From a virus (Duplodnaviria; Heunggongvirae; Uroviricota; Caudoviricetes), in the IMG/VR virus record IMGVR_UViG_3300031998_000007: 64,000 nucleotides of DNA. One strand, given 5' to 3'. Made by a program: the position numbers and the translations under genes. Positions 27,986 through 34,312 of the stretch are shown piece by piece (position 1 is the first letter of the stretch; every line of letters starts with the position of its first letter). Under the pieces are notes generated by a model, which was not told the origin of the DNA, did no database searches, and worked only from the letters and a program-made list of their open reading frames with translations.

Positions 27986-28059
27986 AGCACTCGGAAGGGC
28001 TCGAACCTTCGCATGGGGGCTTTGCAGGCCCCTGCCTTGACCAACTTGGCTACGAGTGC
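27986..28059 (-). tRNA. tRNA-Cys(GCA)
   Basis: Manual fold: acceptor GCACTCG/CGAGTGC, anticodon loop CTGCAAA, T-arm GGTTCGAGCCC. Confidence 0.7.
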
Positions 28060-28070
28060 ATAAGATGTAG

Positions 28071-28152
28071 TCCCTTCGGGGAGAATCGAACTCCCACGCC
28101 TTTCAGCACAAGGGTTTGAACCGAGCGCGTCTACCAGTTCCGCCACGAAGGG
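28071..28152 (-). tRNA. tRNA-Leu(CAA), type II, weak anticodon stem
   Basis: Acceptor CCCTTCG/CGAAGGG, D-arm GCGGAACTGGTAGACGCG, loop TTCAAAC, long variable arm; anticodon stem has 2 mismatches. Confidence 0.5.
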
Positions 28153-28155
28153 GTA

Positions 28156-28226
28156 TTGGGCGGTGACGGCTCGAACGTCATCCGAGGGGTTCAAAGCCCC
28201 TAGTGCTACCATTACACCACGGCCCA
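28156..28226 (-). tRNA. tRNA-Gln(TTG)
   Basis: U1:A72 as in bacterial tRNA-Gln; anticodon stem AGGGG/CCCCT, loop CTTTGAA; one C:C mismatch in the acceptor. Confidence 0.6.
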
Positions 28227-28236
28227 AAAATTTTAG

Positions 28237-28320
28237 TCGGCAGGGCGGGACTCGAACCCGCACGTCCTTTCGGACACCGCATCCTGAGTGCGGCGCGGCT
28301 ACCAATTACGCCACCTGCCG
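28237..28320 (-). tRNA. tRNA-Leu(CAG), type II
   Basis: Acceptor CGGCAGG/CCTGCCG, anticodon loop CTCAGGA, variable stem GTCC-GAAA-GGAC, T-arm GCGGGTTCGAGTCCCGC. Confidence 0.7.
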
Positions 28321-28325
28321 ATTAG

Positions 28326-28407
28326 TCGGCCATGAGGGCATCGAACCCACACGTCTTGCGACAGACGATCTTAAATCGTCCGCGTCTGCCAATTCCGCCA
28401 ATAGCCG
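28326..28407 (-). tRNA. tRNA-Leu(TAA), type II
   Basis: Anticodon arm GACGA-TTTAAGA-TCGTC; U:U mismatch in the T-stem. Confidence 0.6.
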
Positions 28408-28411
28408 ATTA

Positions 28412-28495
28412 TCTCGTCGGTGGGACTCGAACCCACACGCCCTTTCGGGCACAGGCCCCTCAAACCTGCGCGTCTACCAATTCCGCCACGACGAG
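28412..28495 (-). tRNA. tRNA-Leu(GAG), type II
   Basis: Anticodon arm CAGGT-TTGAGGG-GCCTG; variable arm GCCC-GAAA-GGGC; T-arm GTGGGTTCGAGTCCCAC. Confidence 0.7.
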
Positions 28496-28501
28496 GAATA
28501 G

Positions 28502-28576
28502 GGTGACCGACGGGACTCGAACCCGCAACGGCTGCCTTCACAGGGCAGGGCTCCACCAGTTGAGCTACGGCGCACC
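28502..28576 (-). tRNA. tRNA-His(GTG) with G-1 and a bulged acceptor-stem nucleotide
   Basis: G-1:C73, D-arm GCTCAACTGGTGGAGC, anticodon arm CTGCC-CTGTGAA-GGCAG. Acceptor pairs only if one C is bulged. Confidence 0.5.
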
Positions 28577-28592
28577 ATAAGTGCCGATGTTT

Positions 28593-28718
28593 TTATTGTA
28601 GGAGAATCGGAGCTCCGGTAACTTGATGACAACAATGGCCCGGTAATAGCAAGCCAAGCACGGTCAGGGAAACGACCGCGAGGAGCAGGAGCCAGAATGT
28701 GATGTTGCCGCGTACCAT
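28593..28718 (-). CDS. small hydrophobic peptide (41 aa) inside the tRNA array
   Basis: MVRGNITFWLLLLAVVSLTVLGLLLPGHCCHQVTGAPILLQ; GGAG 7 nt before the ATG; below the ORF-track size cutoff. Confidence 0.3.
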   Translation of the reverse strand: MVRGNITFWLLLLAVVSLTVLGLLLPGHCCHQVTGAPILLQ

Positions 28719-28750
28719 GAGGATACTCCGTTAGTAAGAAAAATTCGTAG

Positions 28751-28839
28751 AGGAGACAGCAGGATTCGAACCTGCGGGGGCTTTGAGGGCCCCACGGCGT
28801 TAGCACCGCCGCGCCTTAAACCAGCTCGGCCATGTCTCC
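28751..28839 (-). tRNA. tRNA-Ser(GCT), type II
   Basis: Acceptor GGAGACA/TGTCTCC, anticodon arm CGGCG-GTGCTAA-CGCCG, long variable arm, T-arm GCAGGTTCGAATCCTGC. Confidence 0.7.
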
Positions 28840-28849
28840 AAATTTTTAG

Positions 28850-28938
28850 TGGGCAGGACAGGATTCGAACCTGTGATGTTTACCCAAAGGGACCTGATTT
28901 ACAGTCAGGCTGCTTCAAACCAGCTTGCATACCTACCC
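28850..28938 (-). tRNA. tRNA-Tyr(GTA), type II
   Basis: Anticodon arm CCTGA-CTGTAAA-TCAGG; long variable arm; T-arm ACAGGTTCGAATCCTGT. Confidence 0.65.
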
Positions 28939-28950
28939 AAAATGTCTTCG

Positions 28951-29034
28951 CGGAAGCGGAGGGAGTCGAACCCCCAAGCCCTTGCGGAACCACGGTTTTC
29001 AAGACCGCTTGAGTCGCCAGTCTCTTGCGCTTCC
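28951..29034 (-). tRNA. tRNA-Ser(TGA), type II
   Basis: Acceptor GGAAGCG/CGCTTCC with G73; anticodon loop CTTGAAA; T-arm GGGGGTTCGACTCCCTC. Confidence 0.6.
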
Positions 29035-29038
29035 ATAG

Positions 29039-29111
29039 CTCCACCTCCTGGACTCGAACCAGGGACCATCCGATTAACAGTCGGGCGCTCTACCAACTGA
29101 GCTAAGGTGGA
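29039..29111 (-). tRNA. tRNA-Asn(GTT)
   Basis: U1:A72, D-arm GCTCAGTTGGTAGAGC, anticodon loop CTGTTAA, T-arm CTGGTTCGAGTCCAG; resembles E. coli tRNA-Asn. Confidence 0.75.
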
Positions 29112-29127
29112 ATAAAAATCACGTCCA

Positions 29128-29925
29128 TTACGGTGTTGATTGGTTGGGATTTGCCCATATCCCACATTTATACGGGCCATATTTTGCCTCCCAGGCGGCA
29201 ATCCGGGATTTCAATTCTTCTAGCGTAATGGAGCATTTGGAACCCTTGGAAGTATTTTTGGTTTGCAAAATCAGTTTGCAATTCGCGGGATGCTCGATAA
29301 TCGTCGCGGGCACTTTATTGATGTAGCCCGCCTTTACGCTATACATGTGGTCGCGTGATACCCCGCCTGGGTTGTTGCCTTTATTGACGGGGCTGTACCA
29401 CCCATGTTTCTTTATCAATTCAAAATCAAACTCGTCTGGATAATCGGCAAGGTTGAATTTAAATTTGCATGCGTTCCTGTAGTTGATGAACTCGGCGGAA
29501 TACGCATTTGCACGTTGCCGTTTTCTGTACTCAATCCGGCATTGGTCCGAACAATATACACGGGTGTGCAATTTATGATGTATTTCAGCGCCGCAGTTTT
29601 TACAGCGCGTTACCGGAACCGAAATCCTGGTTCCCGCAACGATGGTTACTCTTTTGAGTTTTTCGCTAAGTTTTTGCCTTAACTCAGGTGTTCGTTCTCG
29701 ACCATTGGCACAGCTGCGTGAACAGTGGAGAGGCCATCTGCCTTTCTCATAGTCGATATTTCGTATCGCTTTTGTAAATTCTTTATCGCATTTGGTGCAT
29801 GTAAATGTATGTTCAGTTTTTGTTTGGTTATATTCTTTTATGCGGTGCATACTCAACTTGGCCTTTTCACGGCCTAGTTCAATATTTCGCCGATTTGCGG
29901 CTATTCGTTTTTCAGTGATAACCAT
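29128..29925 (-). CDS. HNH-type homing endonuclease with N-terminal zinc-ribbon motifs, AT-rich insertion inside the tRNA array
   Basis: CxxC pairs (CTKCDKEF, CKNCGAEIHH); C-terminal SRDHMYSVKAGY...HPANCKLILQTKNTSKGSK (HNH). Local GC clearly below the window average. Confidence 0.5.
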   Translation of the reverse strand: MVITEKRIAANRRNIELGREKAKLSMHRIKEYNQTKTEHTFTCTKCDKEFTKAIRNIDYEKGRWPLHCSRSCANGRERTPELRQKLSEKLKRVTIVAGTRISVPVTRCKNCGAEIHHKLHTRVYCSDQCRIEYRKRQRANAYSAEFINYRNACKFKFNLADYPDEFDFELIKKHGWYSPVNKGNNPGGVSRDHMYSVKAGYINKVPATIIEHPANCKLILQTKNTSKGSKCSITLEELKSRIAAWEAKYGPYKCGIWANPNQSTP

Positions 29926-29943
29926 AAGAATATCTCCATTTAG

Positions 29944-30016
29944 TGCCAGGAACTGGACTCGAACCAGTATCTGAGGCTTTTCAGACCCCCGCCGTGACCA
30001 TCTTGGCTATCCTGGC
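29944..30016 (-). tRNA. tRNA-Phe(GAA)
   Basis: Acceptor GCCAGGA/TCCTGGC, anticodon loop CTGAAAA, T-arm ACTGGTTCGAGTCCAGT. Confidence 0.65.
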
Positions 30017-30027
30017 ATAAAGTTTAG

Positions 30028-30100
30028 TAGCCCCTGCCGGATTCGAACCGACGTTCCTTGGCTGAAAACCAACTGTCCTAGTCCACTAGACGAAGGGGCC
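30028..30100 (-). tRNA. tRNA-Glu(TTC)
   Basis: Near-identical architecture to E. coli tRNA-Glu (CCCCTTCGTCTAG...), anticodon loop TTTTCAG, T-arm GTCGGTTCGAATCCGGC. Confidence 0.7.
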
Positions 30101-30103
30101 ATA

Positions 30104-30180
30104 TAGGCTATACTGGGATCGAACCAGTGACCTCGGGATTCGTAGTCCCGCGCTCTAAAATCCGGCTGAGCTAATAGCCT
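30104..30180 (-). tRNA. tRNA-Arg(ACG) with enlarged D-loop
   Basis: Anticodon arm CGGGA-CTACGAA-TCCCG as in E. coli argV; D-loop carries an extra TTT. Confidence 0.6.
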
Positions 30181-30188
30181 GAAAGTAA

Positions 30189-30261
30189 TGGACCCGGTGG
30201 GTAACGATCCCATCACAGTAACTGTGCCACAGTCACTCGCCACCATGGATCATGCGAGCCC
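30189..30261 (-). tRNA. tRNA-Ala-like (GGC), G3:U70, atypical D-region
   Basis: Acceptor GGGCTCG/CGGGTCC with G3:U70; anticodon arm GTGACT-GTGGCAC-AGTTAC; unusual T-loop ATCGTTA; D-region CATGATCC... does not form a normal stem. Confidence 0.4.
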
Positions 30262-30322
30262 AAAATAAAATCAACACCGTAATGTCAATATGCTGAATGG
30301 TTTCTCGAACCATTCGTGTTCG

Positions 30323-30396
30323 TGGACCGCTAGGGGCTCGAACCCTACACACCTACCTTGCGAAGGTAGATCGCCACCGGAGGAACATGGCAGCCC
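30323..30396 (-). tRNA. tRNA-Ala-like (CGC), G3:U70, atypical D-region
   Basis: Acceptor GGGCTGC/GCGGTCC with G3:U70; anticodon arm CTACC-TTCGCAA-GGTAG; T-arm TAGGGTTCGAGCCCCTA. Confidence 0.45.
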
Positions 30397-30410
30397 AAAT
30401 TTGTTTTTCG

Positions 30411-30485
30411 TGGACCCGGTGGGGCTCGAACCCACCACAACCGGCTTGCAAAGCCAGCTCGCCTCCAAGCGGATCATGCGAGCCC
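30411..30485 (-). tRNA. tRNA-Ala-like (TGC), G3:U70, atypical D-region
   Basis: Acceptor GGGCTCG/CGGGTCC; anticodon arm CTGGC-TTTGCAA-GCCGG (as in E. coli alaT); T-arm GTGGGTTCGAGCCCCAC; shares 15-nt 5' and 13-nt 3' ends with the GGC copy. Confidence 0.45.
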
Positions 30486-30500
30486 AAATGTTTGCCGCCT

Positions 30501-30540
30501 AACGAAAGAACCCCGGTTCAGTTTTCCTGTACCGGGGTTC
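30501..30540 (-). terminator. hairpin terminator between the HD-hydrolase gene and the tRNA array (minus)
   Basis: gaaccccggt-13 nt loop-accggggttc, followed on the minus strand by CTTTCGTT. Confidence 0.4.
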
Positions 30541-30797
30541 TCTTCGAGTAAGGCTAAGAAGAAGAGGTTATCACCCGGTCAGGCCACTTTCGGCATAGCA
30601 TGCGAAATGACGGCTGGCATTGCTGGATGCCAAGCGTTCATTCGAGAGATATGCTGAAAATAGTTGCTTCATGGGTTTTTCCTTTTCTGCCATTAAGTTT
30701 AGCAATTTATTTTTCGTCCGGCAAGGGTTTTTGACCCCATTTTGAAGAAATAATAAATAAATAAGTTTTGTGTAAGTTTCCCGTAAGAAAATGACCC

Positions 30798-31352
30798 CTA
30801 CATGAAGAAATCTGCATACATTTCGGTGGTCTGTTCGTCCTCGGAAAGGGTTGCGCGGAACTCCGCGAGGCGGCTGCTGAGGTAGTTGAACTCCTTCTGG
30901 TACCTGTCGTAGCGCTCGTAGTCCTTGTCGCTCTTCAAGTTGTTGCCGACAATCGTCATGTTGTCTTCGAGGTCGGCCAGCTTGATCTTCGTCGTGATGA
31001 GGTTCTCGCCGACCTTCTTGATGTAGTCGTCCCTGCCGAGGCTCTTGCGCCTGGTGAGGATTTCTACGCATTTCCACACGACCTCCGGGAAATAGAGCAT
31101 GAGGTCCGATGTGGTCATGTTCCCTTCCTCTATGACATCGTGGAGATAGGCGATGGCGGTGATTGAGTCGTCCCCATACTGGCGGTCAAGCGCATTGGCC
31201 ACCCGGGTCGGGTGCTGCACGTATTCCTGGCCGCTCTTGTCCAGCTGGCCCTCGTGCGCGAACGTTGCGAACTCGCATGCCTTCTGGACCATGCTTCCGT
31301 CGAACCTGTTCATTCGTTTAAGGAAAGCCTTGATTTCGTCGCGTGAACGCAT
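30798..31352 (-). CDS. small alarmone hydrolase, (p)ppGpp pyrophosphohydrolase HD domain (RelA/SpoT/Mesh1-like)
   Basis: FATFAHEGQLDKSGQEYVQHPTRVA...AIAYLHDVIEEG, the HD hydrolase signature of SpoT/Mesh1. Confidence 0.7.
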   Translation of the reverse strand: MRSRDEIKAFLKRMNRFDGSMVQKACEFATFAHEGQLDKSGQEYVQHPTRVANALDRQYGDDSITAIAYLHDVIEEGNMTTSDLMLYFPEVVWKCVEILTRRKSLGRDDYIKKVGENLITTKIKLADLEDNMTIVGNNLKSDKDYERYDRYQKEFNYLSSRLAEFRATLSEDEQTTEMYADFFM

Positions 31353-31463
31353 TAAGATCTAAAAACTCCGATAAAGTCGTTAAAGCCATGGGTCCCGGCG
31401 GGACTCTTGAGTCTAAAAATAGGTTTTTTGATACGAAAAACCAAGAATTCCAGGGCCCGGTCG

Positions 31464-31814
31464 TTAAAAATTTTGCCCGCAGTCGGAATTGTTGAACCAG
31501 TAGTTCGGGGCGTCCATCCCCTCGCTGTTGGAGATTTCCCCGTGGGCGTCGTTGCCCGGCATGAACAGGGGCCCGTTGTTGTGGCAATGCCCGCCCGGGC
31601 AGTGGGCGTGCGCGATGAGGCGGTTGGTCCCGTCGGCCAGCTTGACCGCCTCGAACGCGTGGTCAGGGGTCGCGTGGACCTCGACGAACTTCTTTACGCC
31701 GAAGTTGATTTCCTCCTCGTAGGCGCCGGGCGGCAGGAACGGCATCGAGGCTGGGCTCATGATGTCCTGGTACGGGTTCGGCGAGGGATTGCATCTGCAA
31801 GGAGGCTTCTTCAT
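31464..31814 (-). CDS. hypothetical His/Cys-rich putative metal-binding protein
   Basis: HATPDHAFEA...HAHCPGGHCHNNGP cluster; 116 aa. Confidence 0.4.
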   Translation of the reverse strand: MKKPPCRCNPSPNPYQDIMSPASMPFLPPGAYEEEINFGVKKFVEVHATPDHAFEAVKLADGTNRLIAHAHCPGGHCHNNGPLFMPGNDAHGEISNSEGMDAPNYWFNNSDCGQNF

Positions 31815-31815
31815 G

Positions 31816-32445
31816 TTATCCTACCCAGATTTGGACGGGATGGCCGGAACCGTCGTCGGGGACTACCGCGACCATCTCGTAACCGTTGTTGATCATGCCG
31901 ACCATGGTCTCGCGGTCGTCCGCGTCAACCACGGTGAACGTAGTGATGCCGAGCTTCGCTATCTGCGCACGGAGCTCCGTCCCGAGGCCCATGCCGCGGT
32001 AGCCCTCGTCAACTGCGAAGAACTCCTGCTGGAGCATGCCGTCGAAGTTCTTGTCCGTGAGGAGGGAGTAAATCTCCACCGGGCGGAAGCCCTGGTAGGA
32101 TTCCTGCGTCGGGTCGACGATTGTCGCGACCGCCACGGGATTGTCCCCGTTCTCCGCGTCGCAGATATACACGACGGTGTCGGAGTTGAGGAGACGGTCG
32201 AGTGTCGCCGGGACCGGGCGGGTCGCCACCTCGGCATCCTTCGGCGTGGACGAATACTTCCCGTCGATGATTGCGACGAGCTGGTTCAGCCGTTCTTCTG
32301 GTATCTTGTCCGGGGTCTCGACGTAGGCCTTGAACCGGTTCGGGTCAAGTTTCTCCTGCTTTTCCTCGGACTGCTCCGACGCGGCGTCACATGCCGCGGC
32401 GAGGTTGTTCGCGCTGTCGTAATCGTAGAGTGGGTCGTTCATCAT
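31816..32445 (-). CDS. GNAT family N-acetyltransferase
   Basis: Motif A FFAVDEGYRGMGLGTELRAQI. Start at MMNDPL: the ORF-tool N-terminal 113 aa are Arg-rich junk. Start overlaps the upstream stop (TAATG). Confidence 0.65.
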   Translation of the reverse strand: MMNDPLYDYDSANNLAAACDAASEQSEEKQEKLDPNRFKAYVETPDKIPEERLNQLVAIIDGKYSSTPKDAEVATRPVPATLDRLLNSDTVVYICDAENGDNPVAVATIVDPTQESYQGFRPVEIYSLLTDKNFDGMLQQEFFAVDEGYRGMGLGTELRAQIAKLGITTFTVVDADDRETMVGMINNGYEMVAVVPDDGSGHPVQIWVG

Positions 32446-33137
32446 TAACCGCCTATGTTGGAGTCGGCCTCGAACCATGTCTGGAAGTCCGGGGCCATCG
32501 CGAGCTTCTGGTGATACATCTTGTTGATGGGGGCGACGAGTGCGCCGATGGAGCGCTGCTTGGCCTGCTTGAGTTCGGCCTCGGCCTGTTCCATCGCGGC
32601 AGTGTCGTTGGTGTCCTTTGCCGCGGCGAGTGCCTTCTGCGCCTTCTCGAAAGCCGGGCTGTGGAGTTCGCCGGAGACGATCTTCTTGTAGAGGTCGGTC
32701 GCCTTGCGCCACCCTTCCGTGTTGATCGGGTTCGGGTTGTCCGCCTGGTCGCGGTCGAGTTCCTGCGTGATGAGCACGAGACATTCCTGTCCGAGTTCGG
32801 CAATCTGCTCGTCAGTCATGCCGCGGTCGGCCTGGACGGAGAACTCCGCGGTCTTCAACGGGTCCACCTGGAGGCCCGGGTTCCCGGCACATGCCGTGAG
32901 GGATGCCCCGAGGACGCCTGCCGCAAGGAGGGTGCGCATGAACTTGCCCGCCTTGGCGACACCGCTTTTCAGGGTGGTCAGCTTGTCCTGGAGGCTCTCG
33001 AACTGGGCCTGCGGGATTTCACCCTTGCTGTGTGCGGAGACCAGCATGGCCTCCTGCACGCTTTCGAGAATGGCCGCCTTGCGCAGGTCAGCGCCCTGTT
33101 TCATGTCGTCGATGGTGTTGTAAACGCTCCAATCCAT
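32445..33137 (-). CDS. putative lipoprotein (lipobox LTAC), start uncertain
   Basis: MRTLLAAGVLGASLTACAGN signal peptide plus lipobox lies at residue 67 of the long ORF, so the true start may be the internal ATG at 32939; CTATAAACTATGGG motif sits upstream of 33137. Confidence 0.45.
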   Translation of the reverse strand: MDWSVYNTIDDMKQGADLRKAAILESVQEAMLVSAHSKGEIPQAQFESLQDKLTTLKSGVAKAGKFMRTLLAAGVLGASLTACAGNPGLQVDPLKTAEFSVQADRGMTDEQIAELGQECLVLITQELDRDQADNPNPINTEGWRKATDLYKKIVSGELHSPAFEKAQKALAAAKDTNDTAAMEQAEAELKQAKQRSIGALVAPINKMYHQKLAMAPDFQTWFEADSNIGG

Positions 33138-33184
33138 GATATTTGCCGTAAAATCTTGCCCATAGTTTATAGTTTCGGGGAGGA

Positions 33185-33198
33185 ATTTGCTATATTTC
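33185..33198 (+). promoter_or_regulatory. extended -10 promoter motif ATTTGCTATATTTC
   Basis: Upstream of the gene starting at 33252. Confidence 0.45.
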
Positions 33199-33251
33199 CA
33201 TTAAAGGGCGGCCCGTGCCGTTCCATAAACTATTATACCCAAGGAACTGAA

Positions 33252-33512
33252 ATGATTACAACCATCGCGGCGATGAAGGAAAAGGGGATGCGAATTGTCG
33301 TCCCGAAATGGTCCGGCGACTACAACGGCTACTTCAAGGTGGACCGTGGCTCGATGACGGACGAGGAGTGGAAGACATGGCTATCCGTGAACAAGGGCGA
33401 AATCTCCCGACAGATTTCCCTCTTCATGAAGGAAAAGCGCCCGTCGTCCGAACTCCAGGCATACATTATCAACTTCCTCACGGAAAAGGGGATTGACGCA
33501 TGCCCTGCCTAG
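33252..33512 (+). CDS. hypothetical protein
   Basis: 86 aa; ATG chosen after the promoter. Confidence 0.4.
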   Translation: MITTIAAMKEKGMRIVVPKWSGDYNGYFKVDRGSMTDEEWKTWLSVNKGEISRQISLFMKEKRPSSELQAYIINFLTEKGIDACPA

Positions 33513-34312
33513 CTGAACCAATCTACGATTCCGAAGCGATTGAAAAATCCTTCATGCGGGTTATCTACGACTCAAAGACGCTTGTCCTTGGAAGTCCCTA
33601 TGTCATGGCCAATCCGGCCCATGCGGAACCCGCAAGCAAGTGTCAGCTTGAATTTGACGACGAGAAGACCGATGTAATCAACGCATACGGCGGTCTCCGC
33701 GTCGATGAGAAGACCCACAGATATTACCCGGTCATCAGGATGACCCGCGGCATCATGTGCTGGCTCCGCGTTTCCGCGCTGTTCGCGTCGGCACTGTTTG
33801 TTGGCGAAAGCGCCGGCAAGGTGAAGAAGATGCTCAGGTTCCAGAGCGCCCGCGTGGATTCCATCCTCAATTCCCCCGGCGACGTGATGAACGAAATGAT
33901 GGCCCAGTTCAACCTGCCGACCGACGGCTACTTCCTCGACCTTTCCCGCAGGATGTTCCAGATGATGGTGACATGCGTTCTTGCGCACGAGGCTGGCCAT
34001 GTGTGCCTGTGGCACTCGTTCCGCGGCCAGGGCGCCGATGCTGGCGCTACCAACCGCAACGACGAACGCAGCGCGGACATTTTCGCATGCTCCGTCCTCC
34101 AGTCCCTCGGGACGGGCGAAGTGGGTGCCGTAGCTTTTGTATGCCAGATGGCGTCTCTCATGTTTACCAGCAAGAAGCGCGAAACCTATGACGGCATGGA
34201 CTCCCATCCGGCCACGGTAGAGCGCGTCAGGAACATCTACACCTCGTTTGCCAACGTGATGAAGTACAGCAAGGTGAAGTGGTCCGACATCGAGAAAATT
34301 ATATGCAAATAA
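33500..34312 (+). CDS. putative zinc metallopeptidase (HExxH)
   Basis: VLAHEAGHVCLWH motif; 270 aa. Confidence 0.5.
   Translation: MPCLAEPIYDSEAIEKSFMRVIYDSKTLVLGSPYVMANPAHAEPASKCQLEFDDEKTDVINAYGGLRVDEKTHRYYPVIRMTRGIMCWLRVSALFASALFVGESAGKVKKMLRFQSARVDSILNSPGDVMNEMMAQFNLPTDGYFLDLSRRMFQMMVTCVLAHEAGHVCLWHSFRGQGADAGATNRNDERSADIFACSVLQSLGTGEVGAVAFVCQMASLMFTSKKRETYDGMDSHPATVERVRNIYTSFANVMKYSKVKWSDIEKIICK

Noticed and set aside
27986-30485. Possibility that the repeated TCGAACC-containing units are a CRISPR array or tandem repeat
   Set aside because: The units differ in length and sequence and each folds as a cloverleaf with a distinct anticodon; they are tRNA genes
31816-32784. 322-aa version of the GNAT gene
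   Set aside because: The first 113 residues are Arg/Gly/Pro-rich with no coding character; the GNAT fold starts at MMNDPL, where the upstream gene's stop overlaps the ATG
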